A stretch of 64,000 nt of DNA from an uncultured Desulfobacteraceae bacterium (GCA_964410925.1 CAYPIW010000017.1:2428-66427), one strand, 5' to 3'; shown: positions 1 through 10,523, numbered from the stretch's first letter. A program made the numbers and translations. Notes: generated by a model from the sequence alone, not told the origin.

Positions 1-1506
1 TTCATTTACCCGCCATTGTGCAAACGTATTTCCGTTTTCGGATTTACAATTTCCCGGGTGACAGGCCATGATCAGAACACCATCCGCCCCTGAAACAAAG
101 GCATTTAATATATAATCGAGATCAATCTTTCCCGCACAGGGGACCTTTATCATTCGAAGGCCTTCGGGGAGTTGCATCTGAAACATATCGGCCATCTCTC
201 CGGCTTCAAAGCCCGAATTCTGGCAACAAAACGCAAGGATACGGGAGGTTCCGTTACCGGATACCACACCGCTTTTAACTTTCTCGATGATTTCCTCATC
301 ATTAAATCCGCCGATCTGGATGGCATCCATGGGACACTCGCTGGCACATATCCCGCACCCTTGACAGGCCACCGGTGATATAATGGCCTTCTTGTCGCCC
401 CAGTAAATAGCCCCGTGGGGACAACACCGATAGCATGTCAGGCAGATAACGCACTTATCTTCATTGACAACCGCTTTGTTTTTTGGAACGCTTTTCTTGC
501 CGTCACCAAGAAGATCCCTGACCTCAACGGCTATATTTTCAACATCGGTCCATGCCGACGGCAAGCCCGAAATTTCCCGAGTTGAACCGGCCACAAAAAT
601 TCCCTCTCGATTGGATCGAACCGGGAAAAAATGAACATTGTCATTTTGCAGGAATCCTGATGGACCGACATTAATTCTCAGAATTTCGGAAATCTCCTTA
701 TTCAAATCACCGGCACAGAGTTCCTCTTCCACAACAATAAAGTCCGGTGAAATTTCGATGTCGCGTCTGGCAACCGGATCAAAAAAAGAAATGCTCTTGC
801 CATTCTCGACGATTTCAGGTTTTTCGGTGAGCTTAAAATAAACGGCTCCTTTTTCCCGGCTTTCCTTATACATGCGTTCAAGTCCATTGGAGGCCACTTT
901 TAAATCCCCGGCATAAATATAAGCATCACACCCCTCTATTTCCTGGAGGGCAAGAACGCTTTTTAAAACACGTTCCATAACCAGAGGATTACCGTCCTGG
1001 GCAAGTCCCACAAAAAACGCTACGGTCTTGTTTGCAAGTTTTTGTTTGCCCGACCCAGAAGCCAGTAATTCCGCCATTTGGCTTTGACCCATCACATTAT
1101 CGGAAAGGGAAAGTCCATAATTTTCATTCAAAACTTTGGATTTAAAATCGGTAGCAACCACAATGGCCCCGACTTTATGTTCAATAACTTTTTCCCCTTT
1201 GGACAGTCTGGCGGTGAAGTCTCCCGTAACCCCGGCCGCACCGATAAGGCTGGCTTTGGTTAAAATTTCAACATTACTGTCCGCCGTTATCTTATCTTCG
1301 AGATCTTTCAGACCTTGATAGTCTTCTTTTAAACCCGCTAAAGATCCCGGTCCTTTCTGTCCTCCCAATTCAGCGTCTTTTTCAACCAGGATGACCTTAT
1401 ACCCTGAACCGGCAATTTCAGAAGCAGCCTTTATGCCCGTTAATCCTCCACCTAAAACCAGCACATCGGTGGCGATATTTATTACTTCCATGTCTGTATG
1501 TTTCAT
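1..1506 (-). CDS. HdrA-like flavoprotein / 2x[4Fe-4S] / MvhD fusion (QmoB-like architecture), 3' end runs off the window
   Basis: Missing from the ORF track. I read the frame as open from ATG 1506 to base 1. Motifs: MKHTDMEVINIATDVLVLGGGLTG (Rossmann), CVICLTCYRCCP and CQGCGICASECP (ferredoxin), ILAFCCQNS..VPCAGKID..GADGVLIMACHPGNC (MvhD). Confidence 0.88.
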   Translation of the reverse strand, partial: MKHTDMEVINIATDVLVLGGGLTGIKAASEIAGSGYKVILVEKDAELGGQKGPGSLAGLKEDYQGLKDLEDKITADSNVEILTKASLIGAAGVTGDFTARLSKGEKVIEHKVGAIVVATDFKSKVLNENYGLSLSDNVMGQSQMAELLASGSGKQKLANKTVAFFVGLAQDGNPLVMERVLKSVLALQEIEGCDAYIYAGDLKVASNGLERMYKESREKGAVYFKLTEKPEIVENGKSISFFDPVARRDIEISPDFIVVEEELCAGDLNKEISEILRINVGPSGFLQNDNVHFFPVRSNREGIFVAGSTREISGLPSAWTDVENIAVEVRDLLGDGKKSVPKNKAVVNEDKCVICLTCYRCCPHGAIYWGDKKAIISPVACQGCGICASECPMDAIQIGGFNDEEIIEKVKSGVVSGNGTSRILAFCCQNSGFEAGEMADMFQMQLPEGLRMIKVPCAGKIDLDYILNAFVSGADGVLIMACHPGNCKSENGNTFAQWRVNE

Positions 1507-1511
1507 ATCTG

Positions 1512-2702
1512 TCATGAGCTCACCCCCAAATGTTTAATAACCTTACCGGCTGCCTGTCCCGCATGGGCCTTGGAGACCGCTATGCTCTTGGGACCCGCAA
1601 CAGTTCCAGCAAGGAAAATGCCGTCCTTTAAGGTTGAAGTACTGTTTAACTTGTCAATGCCGGTAAAAAACCCGTCTTCATTGAGGCCAACACCAAAAAG
1701 GTCTGACAGTTTGCTGTTGTCGGGACCGGGCGTTATTCCAACAGACAGGACAACAAGATCAAACTCCTCATTAACGCAAACCCCGTCCACTTCGTTCATG
1801 TACCGCATGGATAGGGAGTCATTTTCCATGGGGAAGACATCCACCGGAATATTTCTGACAAACCGAAAATCCGTTTTGCATTTTTCATAAAATGCCGCAT
1901 AATTTTTGCCAACATTCTGCATATCCATATAAAACACGGTTATTTCCGCATCCGCATTCGCATGTTTGCTTTTTTCCGCCATCCTCAATGCATACGGGCA
2001 ACACACCTGCGAACACCACAGGTTTCCGAGACGTTCATCCCTGCTTCCCACGCATTGGATGAAGGCGATCTTTTGAGCAGTCTTGCCGTCAGACGGTCTT
2101 ACCACTGCACCATGCTCCCTCATAATACATTCCAGATCCAGCCCTGTGATAACATTCGGAAATCTTTTGTAGCCGTAAGTTCCCTTTTTTTCCGCATCAA
2201 AGGGCTGAAAACCGCTTGCCAGGATAACCGCATCAACATCAAGTTTACCGGAAAACCCCATGGTGTCCAGTTCAACCGCACCTTCAGGCACGACGTCCGG
2301 ATTCTCCTCACATTTTTTCTTATCAACAATCACATGAAGGGGAGAATTGTTTTTTGAATATCCTCTGATCATCCCTTCAGCAGTCGAATCCGGTTGATAC
2401 GAACTCTTTTTTAAATCAACCGAAAACCTTCCGTTTTTGTTAATTTTTTTCACTTCCGTTGCAAGGTGAACCTTGATTTTAGGTTCATCAACCACGTTTT
2501 TAAGCATGGCTTCCACCGTGCAGGCGCCACACTGCCGGCATTCATCCGTGGCCTTGCAGCAGTACCGGATGGCATAACCGCCCAAAAATGGTGTTTTTTC
2601 AATCAGTTCTACATCGATATTAAATCGTGAAAGCTCCCAGGCAGCTGTGAGACCGGCAATCCCTCCTCCGACGACCATAACTTTTTTATTTTTCGTACTC
2701 AA
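1512..2702 (-). CDS. hdrA: Heterodisulfide reductase subunit A-like flavoprotein (short, QmoA-like)
   Basis: VVGGGIAG FAD motif, IAFIQCVGSRD..WCSQVCC, GIFLAG..GPK; TTG start behind GGAG. Confidence 0.85.
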   Translation of the reverse strand: MSTKNKKVMVVGGGIAGLTAAWELSRFNIDVELIEKTPFLGGYAIRYCCKATDECRQCGACTVEAMLKNVVDEPKIKVHLATEVKKINKNGRFSVDLKKSSYQPDSTAEGMIRGYSKNNSPLHVIVDKKKCEENPDVVPEGAVELDTMGFSGKLDVDAVILASGFQPFDAEKKGTYGYKRFPNVITGLDLECIMREHGAVVRPSDGKTAQKIAFIQCVGSRDERLGNLWCSQVCCPYALRMAEKSKHANADAEITVFYMDMQNVGKNYAAFYEKCKTDFRFVRNIPVDVFPMENDSLSMRYMNEVDGVCVNEEFDLVVLSVGITPGPDNSKLSDLFGVGLNEDGFFTGIDKLNSTSTLKDGIFLAGTVAGPKSIAVSKAHAGQAAGKVIKHLGVSS

Positions 2703-2762
2703 TTGGAAACTCCTTTGATTAGTGGTTTTTGCCTATTCCTTCCAATCGAAAATCTCAACCGC

Positions 2763-3686
2763 TTAGACCTTGGGTCTTGGCAACACCTTGGCCCGTTCTG
2801 CGATCTCCGGAACTTTGTGTTCCCATTCGATGGCCATCAAATGTACGCCGTGTACGCCCTTCATTTCCTTGAACTCTTCAATCTGTTCGCAGGCGATTTT
2901 GATGCCCTCATCCGCCACTTTCTTCTTGTCAACCCCCTTCAGACGGTCGATAAGCACTTCCGGAACTTCTATTCCGGGTACTTTCTTCTGCATATACCTG
3001 GCCATACCCACATTCTTCATAGGGGTCACACCGGCTAAAATATAGACCTTTTCCGTCAACCCCATGTCATTGGCCTGTTGCACCCATTTCCGAAATCTTT
3101 CCATATTGTAGATACACTGGGTCTGGATAAAATCCACTCCGGCGCTAATTTTTTTAGCCAGACGATGTACGCGCCATTCATAAGGTTCGGCAAACGGGTT
3201 GGCGGCCGCACCGATAAAGATTTTAGGAGGATCCACTATGTCCGCACCGCCCTGAAACTTGCCTTCATCGCGCATGGTTTTAACCATGTTGATCAGTTGC
3301 ATGGAATCGATGTCAAATACTCCCTTGGAATCGGGGTGGTCGCCAAACATACAATGGTCGCCGGAAAGACACAGCATGTTTCTTACGCCATGGGTATAAA
3401 CTCCCAAAATGTCGGCCTGCATGGCCAGACGGTTTCGATCCCTGCAGACCATCTGAAAATTCGGCTCCAGCCCTTCCTGAATCAACAGCAAACATGCCGC
3501 CCAGCTCGACATGCGGACAACGGCGGTCTGGTTGTCTGTAATATTGACCGCATCAACCATCCCCTTCAGGTGTTGGGCCTTTTCTTTAACCTCTTTGGCG
3601 CTGGTGCCCCGGGGAGGACCCAACTCACCTGTAAATGCAAAATGGCCAGCCTCCAAAACTTTTTCTAAGTTACTTCCTGATTTCAT
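2763..3686 (-). CDS. metF: Methylenetetrahydrofolate reductase MetF
   Basis: ELGPPRG, NITDN, CRDRNR, LSGD, FIQTQ, GVHLM motifs. Confidence 0.93.
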   Translation of the reverse strand: MKSGSNLEKVLEAGHFAFTGELGPPRGTSAKEVKEKAQHLKGMVDAVNITDNQTAVVRMSSWAACLLLIQEGLEPNFQMVCRDRNRLAMQADILGVYTHGVRNMLCLSGDHCMFGDHPDSKGVFDIDSMQLINMVKTMRDEGKFQGGADIVDPPKIFIGAAANPFAEPYEWRVHRLAKKISAGVDFIQTQCIYNMERFRKWVQQANDMGLTEKVYILAGVTPMKNVGMARYMQKKVPGIEVPEVLIDRLKGVDKKKVADEGIKIACEQIEEFKEMKGVHGVHLMAIEWEHKVPEIAERAKVLPRPKV

Positions 3687-3794
3687 TGGCTTCCCCTCTA
3701 CTTATTTCAGAATTCATTCTTCAGTTATGGGTTCAATCGTAACTATCAGCGATAACCCACCGCCCCACTCGTTACCCCTTCAAGAACCCAACTA

Positions 3795-4469
3795 TTATCC
3801 GGCTTCCTTCTTTTTCTCGTATCCCGGCTGCACCAGTGTCCGCGGCTTCTGGTTTTGCCACGCGGTTATGGGTTGAAACTCCTTAATTAAATCCAAACGG
3901 CCCTGTGCGGCCAGGCGCTCGTATATCTGGAACCAGGCACAGGGCTGATCCTTGTGGATCTCGCAGCTGCCGTTGTCGGTTCCGCCGCAAGGTCCGTTAT
4001 ATAGACCCTTGGCGCACATGGTTACCGGACATATGCCGCCGGTATAACCCAATACACAGTTTCCGCAGGACCGGCATTTTTCCTCGTACCATCCCACACC
4101 CCTGTTTGCTCCGCTAAAGGCCGTATTAACGGCAGGAAATACCGGTTTGTGCGGATATCTTTCCGCCAGAAACTGGACCCCCACACCACAGGCCATGGAT
4201 AGCAGAGCCTCATACTCATCCACCATGTTTTCAAGTTCATCCAGAAATTCCATGTCACATTGTCGCTCTAAAGTGGTAGCCCCCAGTTCAATAGGATTCC
4301 CATCAATTTTTCGTGCCATGTTCAGCTCGGCATTGAGGATCCCCACCTCTTTTTCGCCCCCGGCAAGACAGACAGCGACACATGTACCACATCCCACGGT
4401 AAGAACCTTCTTATAAGGCCTTAACATGGTCTTGATTTCTTCAAAGGGCTTTCTCTCAGCTATAATCAT
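3795..4469 (-). CDS. metV: MetV, Fe-S/Zn subunit of methylene-THF reductase
   Basis: GCGTCVAVC, ERQC, MACGVGVQ, CRSCGNC..GGICPVTMCAKGLYNGPCGG; directly upstream of metF. Confidence 0.9.
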   Translation of the reverse strand: MIIAERKPFEEIKTMLRPYKKVLTVGCGTCVAVCLAGGEKEVGILNAELNMARKIDGNPIELGATTLERQCDMEFLDELENMVDEYEALLSMACGVGVQFLAERYPHKPVFPAVNTAFSGANRGVGWYEEKCRSCGNCVLGYTGGICPVTMCAKGLYNGPCGGTDNGSCEIHKDQPCAWFQIYERLAAQGRLDLIKEFQPITAWQNQKPRTLVQPGYEKKKEAG

Positions 4470-4871
4470 GCGTCCTCCCTTCTGTTTGTGTTTATTGTAA
4501 TTTCTAAAAATTTACAGATAAATCTTAAAGGTTTTAAGTACCTAAATTAAATAAAAGTACATGCCAAATAAGTAAGCTGTTGTCAAGGAAATGAGTCGAT
4601 TTTTGAGAAAAATCTCATAATTCATTTTTGATTCGTTCCCGAAAGGTCAAATTTCTGAAGGGGCTGGTGTTGGGTATTTTGTGTTGTATTTGAAAAATAT
4701 GCTGATATGACAGTTGGTTAGATTGTCAAACCCTAACCTTCCTAAAACTTGGGGACGTCGCCTCGGTCGAAAGGCAGAAATAAGATGAGAACCCTTTTAA
4801 CAAAATTTCCGGATTAAAAGAGGGTAAAAGATTTGCTTGGCATAAATAAAATGTCATGTTACTAAAACCTG

Positions 4872-6506
4872 ATGAAAAAACAAAACACCATCCCCCCGAA
4901 AAAAGCGCTTGTGGCCGACTGGCCGGCCCTGACACGAACATTCATAAAACCCGAGGACGACGACACCAGGTCCACATTGATCAAATACATGGAGCAGATT
5001 CTTTTCGCGCTCCACGATTTTTTAAAAAAACATGTGGGGTTCACCGAAGAAGTCAGTTTAAAGGATCTTGCCGACAGGTTTACGGATACGGTTATCAGCA
5101 AAAATCCTGAAAAAAAACTGACGGATGTCATCACCGATCTGATTGAAAATATCGCTCCCCATGCCGTTAATGTGGCCTCCCCGTATTTTGTGGGCCACAT
5201 GACCTCTGCCATTCCCTTTTTCATGGTCCATCTTAAAACCATTGTCGCCGCCCTGAATCAAAATGTGGTTAAAATCGAAACTTCGAAGGTGGTTTCGGTT
5301 GTGGAAAAACAGGTGCTTGCCAAAATCCACCGATTGATTTACGGAAAAAGCGATGCGTTTTACAATGAACATATCCAGAGCCCAACAACGACCCTCGGCT
5401 GCTTTACGGAAAACGGCACGTCATCCAACTTAACCGCTCTCTGGGTTGCCAGAAACGTTTTCTTTGCACCCAAAAACGACTTTCACGGTGTGGAAAAAGA
5501 GGGTCTTCCGGCTGCTTACAAGGCCTACGGAATCCAAAGGAGCGTAGTGCTTGTTTCCAAACGCGGCCACTATTCTCTGAACAAGGCCGGCGGGATCCTG
5601 GGAATTGGCAACCACAACATTGTATCCGTGGAAGTGGATGAAAAAAGCAAAATCCACATCGGCAGTCTGAGAAAAACCATTAAAGAGATAAAAAACAGCA
5701 AGGGAAAAACAGCAATTCTTGCCCTGGTCGGTATTGCGGGGACCACGGAAACGGGTTCGGTGGACCCGCTGTCAACACTGGGAGAGATTTGTGAGGAAAA
5801 TTCAATTCATTTTCACGTTGATGCGGCCTGGGGAGGTCCGACCCTGATGTCGGAAAAATACAGCCCGCTTCTTAAAGGAATAGAATTTGCCGATTCCGTA
5901 ACCATAGACGGGCATAAGCAGTTTTATATGCCCATGAGCTGCGGCATGGTTTATTTTAAAGATCCTGAAATCATGGATGAAATTATATACCATACCAATT
6001 ATGTAAACCGGCCCGGTTCCGTGGATCTCGGCATAAAGTCCCCTTCAGGGTCCAGGGAAGCAAACTCCCTGATCCTCGACAGCGCCCTTAAAATAATGGG
6101 AAGCCGCGGGTATGCCCTGCTGATTGACCATGGTATAGAAACCGCCCGCGAGTTTGCGGTTGAAATTAAAAAAAGACCTGGCTTCCAGCTGGTTACTCCA
6201 CCCGAACTCAACATTTTAACCTACAGATTGTTTCCTGCCGATTTGAAAAAGCAAACCCTTGGCACTGATTCCGAACAAGAAATTCGCATGAATGAAAAAT
6301 TGAATGAAATCAACCGGACGGTTCAGAGACTTCAAAGAGAAGCCGGAAACAGTTTCGTCTCCAGAACTACGCTAAAAATGAAAAATCATCTGGAACAAGA
6401 TAAGGTGGTGTTACGGGCTGTCATCATGAACCCCATGACGACGATCGAAATTTTAAGAAAAATTCTCGATGAACAGGAAAAAATATACAGAACCGCTTTT
6501 ACCTGA
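4872..6506 (+). CDS. panP: PLP-dependent group II decarboxylase, PanP-like aspartate 1-decarboxylase
   Basis: FVGHMTS, LNQNVVKIETSK, HYSL, AGTTETGSVD, HVDAAWGG, SVTIDGHKQ. Confidence 0.75.
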   Translation: MKKQNTIPPKKALVADWPALTRTFIKPEDDDTRSTLIKYMEQILFALHDFLKKHVGFTEEVSLKDLADRFTDTVISKNPEKKLTDVITDLIENIAPHAVNVASPYFVGHMTSAIPFFMVHLKTIVAALNQNVVKIETSKVVSVVEKQVLAKIHRLIYGKSDAFYNEHIQSPTTTLGCFTENGTSSNLTALWVARNVFFAPKNDFHGVEKEGLPAAYKAYGIQRSVVLVSKRGHYSLNKAGGILGIGNHNIVSVEVDEKSKIHIGSLRKTIKEIKNSKGKTAILALVGIAGTTETGSVDPLSTLGEICEENSIHFHVDAAWGGPTLMSEKYSPLLKGIEFADSVTIDGHKQFYMPMSCGMVYFKDPEIMDEIIYHTNYVNRPGSVDLGIKSPSGSREANSLILDSALKIMGSRGYALLIDHGIETAREFAVEIKKRPGFQLVTPPELNILTYRLFPADLKKQTLGTDSEQEIRMNEKLNEINRTVQRLQREAGNSFVSRTTLKMKNHLEQDKVVLRAVIMNPMTTIEILRKILDEQEKIYRTAFT

Positions 6507-6817
6507 TCCAGGCAAACGGTTGAACCGGTTGCCCCGTGTGCCCGTTGGCCAGTTATAGAAGCAATCAATCCCGAAAAGAACAACCCAAAAAGTCAAGGTT
6601 CGCGCCCAATATTTTATGTATCGTTGGAAGATGATTTGACAAGGGTCAAAAATAAGATTTGATCGACTTAACAACCTCCAAACATGATATCTGTACTTGT
6701 AAATGTTTTAGTGATAGTGGCCATACCGGCGGTCACAAAAGGTTTGGTAAAAGGAACACGACACCCTTGACCCGGATATTGCCGGTTGGATTCGAACAGC
6801 TTTGCTTCATTGACAAA

Positions 6818-7228
6818 TTATTTGTTAAGCCATTCGATCTCGACAATATTCTCGACATTTTTAAATTCAGGGTCACCTGTCATAATCATTGCGTTTCCAC
6901 GCCGAGCATTGGCCACAGCAAAACAATCGCTGTAAGAAAGCGGATATTCTGCTTTTATCCGGGCTGCCTCGATGACAGATTCGAAATTATTGGAAACAAT
7001 GGTGATGGGGAGCCCGGGAAGGATCGTGTCCAAAAAATATTCCGCCTGTTGCACCCCCCTTTTTCTAAAAAGGATATAATATGTTTCTCCGATATTGATT
7101 TCATTCATCAAAACAAAGTCGCCGGACTTTTGGGCAACCGCAAGAATTTGCTTGACCCTTTCAAAATTTGCTTCTTTATTCAGATAAGCCAGCAAAGCAA
7201 AGCTATCCAGTAATCTTTTTCGATTCAC
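6818..7228 (-). CDS. vapC: VapC-family PIN-domain toxin
   Basis: LLDSFALLAY, INIGE, LSYSDCFA, MTGDPEF; overlaps upstream antitoxin. Confidence 0.88.
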   Translation of the reverse strand: MNRKRLLDSFALLAYLNKEANFERVKQILAVAQKSGDFVLMNEINIGETYYILFRKRGVQQAEYFLDTILPGLPITIVSNNFESVIEAARIKAEYPLSYSDCFAVANARRGNAMIMTGDPEFKNVENIVEIEWLNK

Positions 7229-7466
7229 GAATTTTGTCCTTTCGTCGGTAATCGATCAGCGCTTTGGTTATAGAATCTTTTTCTTCAAAAATACCGCAAA
7301 AATAATCTACCGGATCATCAGGCAACGGAGTTATACGGACATGGTCATTTTCAAGCTTGATAGATAGCTTCTTTCCGGGCACGATCTGCAATTGTTTCCG
7401 AATTTCTTTTGGTATTACGATCTGTCCACGGCTAGATGTTGTAACAATAGGCATTACTGACCTCAT
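7203..7466 (-). CDS. AbrB/MazE/SpoVT-family antitoxin
   Basis: SSRGQIVIPKEIRKQLQIVPG swapped-hairpin motif; start may be the second Met. Confidence 0.85.
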   Translation of the reverse strand: MRSVMPIVTTSSRGQIVIPKEIRKQLQIVPGKKLSIKLENDHVRITPLPDDPVDYFCGIFEEKDSITKALIDYRRKDKIRESKKITG

Positions 7467-7644
7467 TTAATAATGTTTAGTAAGAATGTAAAAACCAATT
7501 TAATTTATGTCTTACGTAATTATTAGTATCATACAATTTATATTTTATCAACCATAATAATAATCGCCTTATTCATAGCATGCTGTGGTGATAATTCGAA
7601 ACTAACGTGGGAATGGGTCTCCGGTTCAACTTATTACAGATTCA

Positions 7645-9768
7645 TCAAATATCATAATCCATCACCACAGGATACCTCATTATCAGCTCGATGGATCTTG
7701 CGGATGTTTTAGCCGCTTCAGGAAAAACTCGGGCAAGGGTTCTGACATGTCTCAAGTTATCGGCCGTCCGGAGAATCAGCATGGCAAGATCTCCTTCCTC
7801 CATCCTGGACACGGATAGAACCTTTTCCCAGGATTGGCCGACGGCCCAGGCATAAAGTGTGGCAGCCGGCCGTAAAAACAGAGGCCTTACCTCAAACCCT
7901 CGATCAGTCATTTGCTCTGCAAACGGTTCCAGGCCTGTTTTTACCTTTCGAAAGGTTGTTAAGAGCTTTTTTGGCTTGAACATTTTCTCAATACGGTCAT
8001 CGGATTCCCGCTCATTTACAAACAAGGCGATGACTGCGGCAAAAAGTGCGGGATCGGATTCAGGAAAAATCCCCATCCTGAATCCCTGGGCGATCATGAT
8101 CGGCTCATCCACTCTCAGCTGTGATGCCCATTTTCCCTCAGCCGTCAGTGCTCCCTGTTCCGTTACATAGCCGGTATCTTTCAGGAAGTTAAGGTGGTGT
8201 AAAAAATCTCGCCACAATTGCTTTTGCTCATCTTTGAGACAGTTACGGGCTCCCATTTTTTTTCTCGCCGTAACGATCAGGTAGGTTGCAAAAGAAGTTT
8301 TAAGCAGATCTTCTATCTGATCGGGAGTATGGGACAAAAGCAGGTTAAGGGCCATGGAAAAATTTATTTTTATCTGACTGGCCACATCTGAAGGAGGCGA
8401 TGTCATTAATTTTGCAATTCGCCGTATATCCATAAATTTTCCCGGAACGGTTACGGCAAATCCGATATGATCCATTCCCCTTCGTCCTGCCCGACCGGTC
8501 ATCTGGTGAAATTCAGTGGGGCTTAGAGGTAGAAAGTCTCTGCCGTTAAACCTGTCCGAATTAAGGAGAACGATGGTTCTGGCAGGAAAATTTACACCCG
8601 CCGCGACAGTGGATGTTGCGAAAACAGCATCAAGAAGCCCTTCGGTCATCAAGGTCTCCAGCACCAGTTTCCATGCCGGAAGTTGACCGCTGTGATGAGA
8701 CCCCACGGCCAAATGTTCAAGGTGCCCCAATTGGCGGTGTTCGGCAATATGAGGGCTTTGGGATACAAGCTCCTGAATTCTTTTGATTCGCCTTGGCTTT
8801 CGATTTTCATCCAATGTCGGGATGTCCGCACACAGATCAAGCGCATGATCACAATCTGCCCGGGATTTAAGAAAAAATATCGCCGGCAGCAGACGGTATT
8901 GATTCAAAACACTCATAATCTCCCCGAAAGGGGGAAGTTTGTGCGGAGGGGCAAGAACAGGAGAACGTTTGCTGTTAATATAAGCGAAGACTTTTTTATG
9001 AAGCCTGTTTTTTTTGGGGCTTTTATGGTCAGTAAGGGGAAAAAGCGTACCTGAAGGATGGAAAAACAGAGGATAAAGCGGTACCGGCCTTTTTGTTTCC
9101 TGGATCACGATACATTTTTTCGAGCGAATTGACGAAAGCCATTTTGCGATAATATCTGCATTTCCTATTGTGGCTGAAAGCAAAAGAAGGGGGATCCTTT
9201 CGGGAAGATAAATCATTATTTCTTCCCAGACCACCCCCCTGTCTTCATCTCCCAAAAAATGTGCTTCGTCCAGGACAACCAAATCAGTTAAAAGGGTTAC
9301 CCCTTTATGCATGGCGTCGTAAAGCTGATTGCGCAGAATCTCGGTGGTCCCGACGATAACCGGTGCATCAGGATTCTCTTTTCTGTCACCGGTTAAAATT
9401 CCGACATTTTCCGTCCCGAAGATTTCTGAAAATTCACCGTATTTTGTATTGCTCAACGCCTTTAAAGGGGAAGCATACCAGGACCTTCCTCCATTTCTAT
9501 GGACCCGGGCCATGGCCTGTTCCGCGATCCAGGTCTTGCCGGCGCCGGTTGGGACGGAGACAAGGCAGTCTGTATCTCTGATTGCCAACAGGGCTTTCAG
9601 TTGGAACGGATCGGGTTTAAACGGTTTTTTATCCGGCACTCCGATGGAGGCGAAAATTTTTTTCAGTTCGGCATCGGCCCCGGGCCTGATGTTAAAAATC
9701 CGGCGTTTATAGCCGATTTTTCCCTTTCTCTGTTTTGGTTTAAAGACGTACCGTCTTGTTCGATTCAT
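7645..9768 (-). CDS. Ski2/HelY-like DEAH-box RNA helicase
   Basis: PTGAGKT, SPLKALSN, LDEAH, LSAT, ATSTVAAGVN, QMTGRAGRRG; DSHCT-like tail (EEGDLAMLILRT). Confidence 0.88.
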   Translation of the reverse strand: MNRTRRYVFKPKQRKGKIGYKRRIFNIRPGADAELKKIFASIGVPDKKPFKPDPFQLKALLAIRDTDCLVSVPTGAGKTWIAEQAMARVHRNGGRSWYASPLKALSNTKYGEFSEIFGTENVGILTGDRKENPDAPVIVGTTEILRNQLYDAMHKGVTLLTDLVVLDEAHFLGDEDRGVVWEEIMIYLPERIPLLLLSATIGNADIIAKWLSSIRSKKCIVIQETKRPVPLYPLFFHPSGTLFPLTDHKSPKKNRLHKKVFAYINSKRSPVLAPPHKLPPFGEIMSVLNQYRLLPAIFFLKSRADCDHALDLCADIPTLDENRKPRRIKRIQELVSQSPHIAEHRQLGHLEHLAVGSHHSGQLPAWKLVLETLMTEGLLDAVFATSTVAAGVNFPARTIVLLNSDRFNGRDFLPLSPTEFHQMTGRAGRRGMDHIGFAVTVPGKFMDIRRIAKLMTSPPSDVASQIKINFSMALNLLLSHTPDQIEDLLKTSFATYLIVTARKKMGARNCLKDEQKQLWRDFLHHLNFLKDTGYVTEQGALTAEGKWASQLRVDEPIMIAQGFRMGIFPESDPALFAAVIALFVNERESDDRIEKMFKPKKLLTTFRKVKTGLEPFAEQMTDRGFEVRPLFLRPAATLYAWAVGQSWEKVLSVSRMEEGDLAMLILRTADNLRHVRTLARVFPEAAKTSARSIELIMRYPVVMDYDI

Positions 9769-10523
9769 TAAAGCTTAGCGATCATCTCTTTGACATTCGT
9801 TTTTGCAATTGAATCCACATCATACGGTGAAACCCCGTCAAGATCCGCCTCTATCAACGCTTCATCCTGCCGGATAAAACCCAGGAATTCAAAATCGCTC
9901 AGGTGTTTTTTTAAAAATTCCTCATCCTTTTCACCGCGGATTTTGTTGCCCACCAAAGCGATATTCTTTAAGCCGATCTCGGATGCCAGCTTTTTTATGT
10001 GACCTGCAGTATCCATACTTCGACGTCCCGGCTCCACAACCACAATAAGTTTATCCACTGCAGATGCCGTGGCTCTGCCCAGATGTTCGATTCCGGCTTC
10101 CATATCCATAACCACGACTTCGTCCCTTGCCAGAACGATATGAAGCATGAGCGCTCTTAAAAGAGTACTTTCCGGACATATGCATCCGCCTCCCCCTTTT
10201 TTAACCCCACCGAGCCGCATCAGCTTGATATTATCGAGTTTCGCCGAAAGCGAATCCGGAAGATCATCCACCTTAGGGTTAAGTTTAAAAAAACCGCCGA
10301 TGGTTCCCGGTTGTGCCTCGGTTCTCTCAAAAATAAGATCTTTCATCTCGGCAATGGGTACAATCTTGTCAGCATCGGGAATACCCAGTGCTGATGCAAG
10401 ATTTGCATCCGGATCCGCATCGATTGCCAGCACACGCTTTCCCTGATCATTTAATGTCCGTATCAAAAGGGCGGAAAATGTTGTTTTGCCGACCCCACCT
10501 TTGCCACTGACTGCTAGTTTCAT
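9768..10523 (-). CDS. cooC: CooC/AcsF nickel-insertion ATPase
   Basis: GKGGVGKTT, DADP, GCIC, DMEAGIEHLGR. Confidence 0.9.
   Translation of the reverse strand: MKLAVSGKGGVGKTTFSALLIRTLNDQGKRVLAIDADPDANLASALGIPDADKIVPIAEMKDLIFERTEAQPGTIGGFFKLNPKVDDLPDSLSAKLDNIKLMRLGGVKKGGGGCICPESTLLRALMLHIVLARDEVVVMDMEAGIEHLGRATASAVDKLIVVVEPGRRSMDTAGHIKKLASEIGLKNIALVGNKIRGEKDEEFLKKHLSDFEFLGFIRQDEALIEADLDGVSPYDVDSIAKTNVKEMIAKL

Noticed and set aside
1..2702. Selenocysteine recoding in Hdr/MvhD genes
   Set aside because: Frames are open with ordinary Cys codons; no in-frame TGA in the visible part
4720..4790. c-di-GMP-I riboswitch-like text (CAAACC..GGGACG..GAAA)
   Set aside because: Lacks the GCAAAGC junction and correct stem spacing; an Rfam scan would settle it
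6818..9768. Helicase plus vapBC as a defence island or prophage
   Set aside because: No integrase, att sites or other defence/phage genes; the genes are separated by their own AT-rich promoter gap
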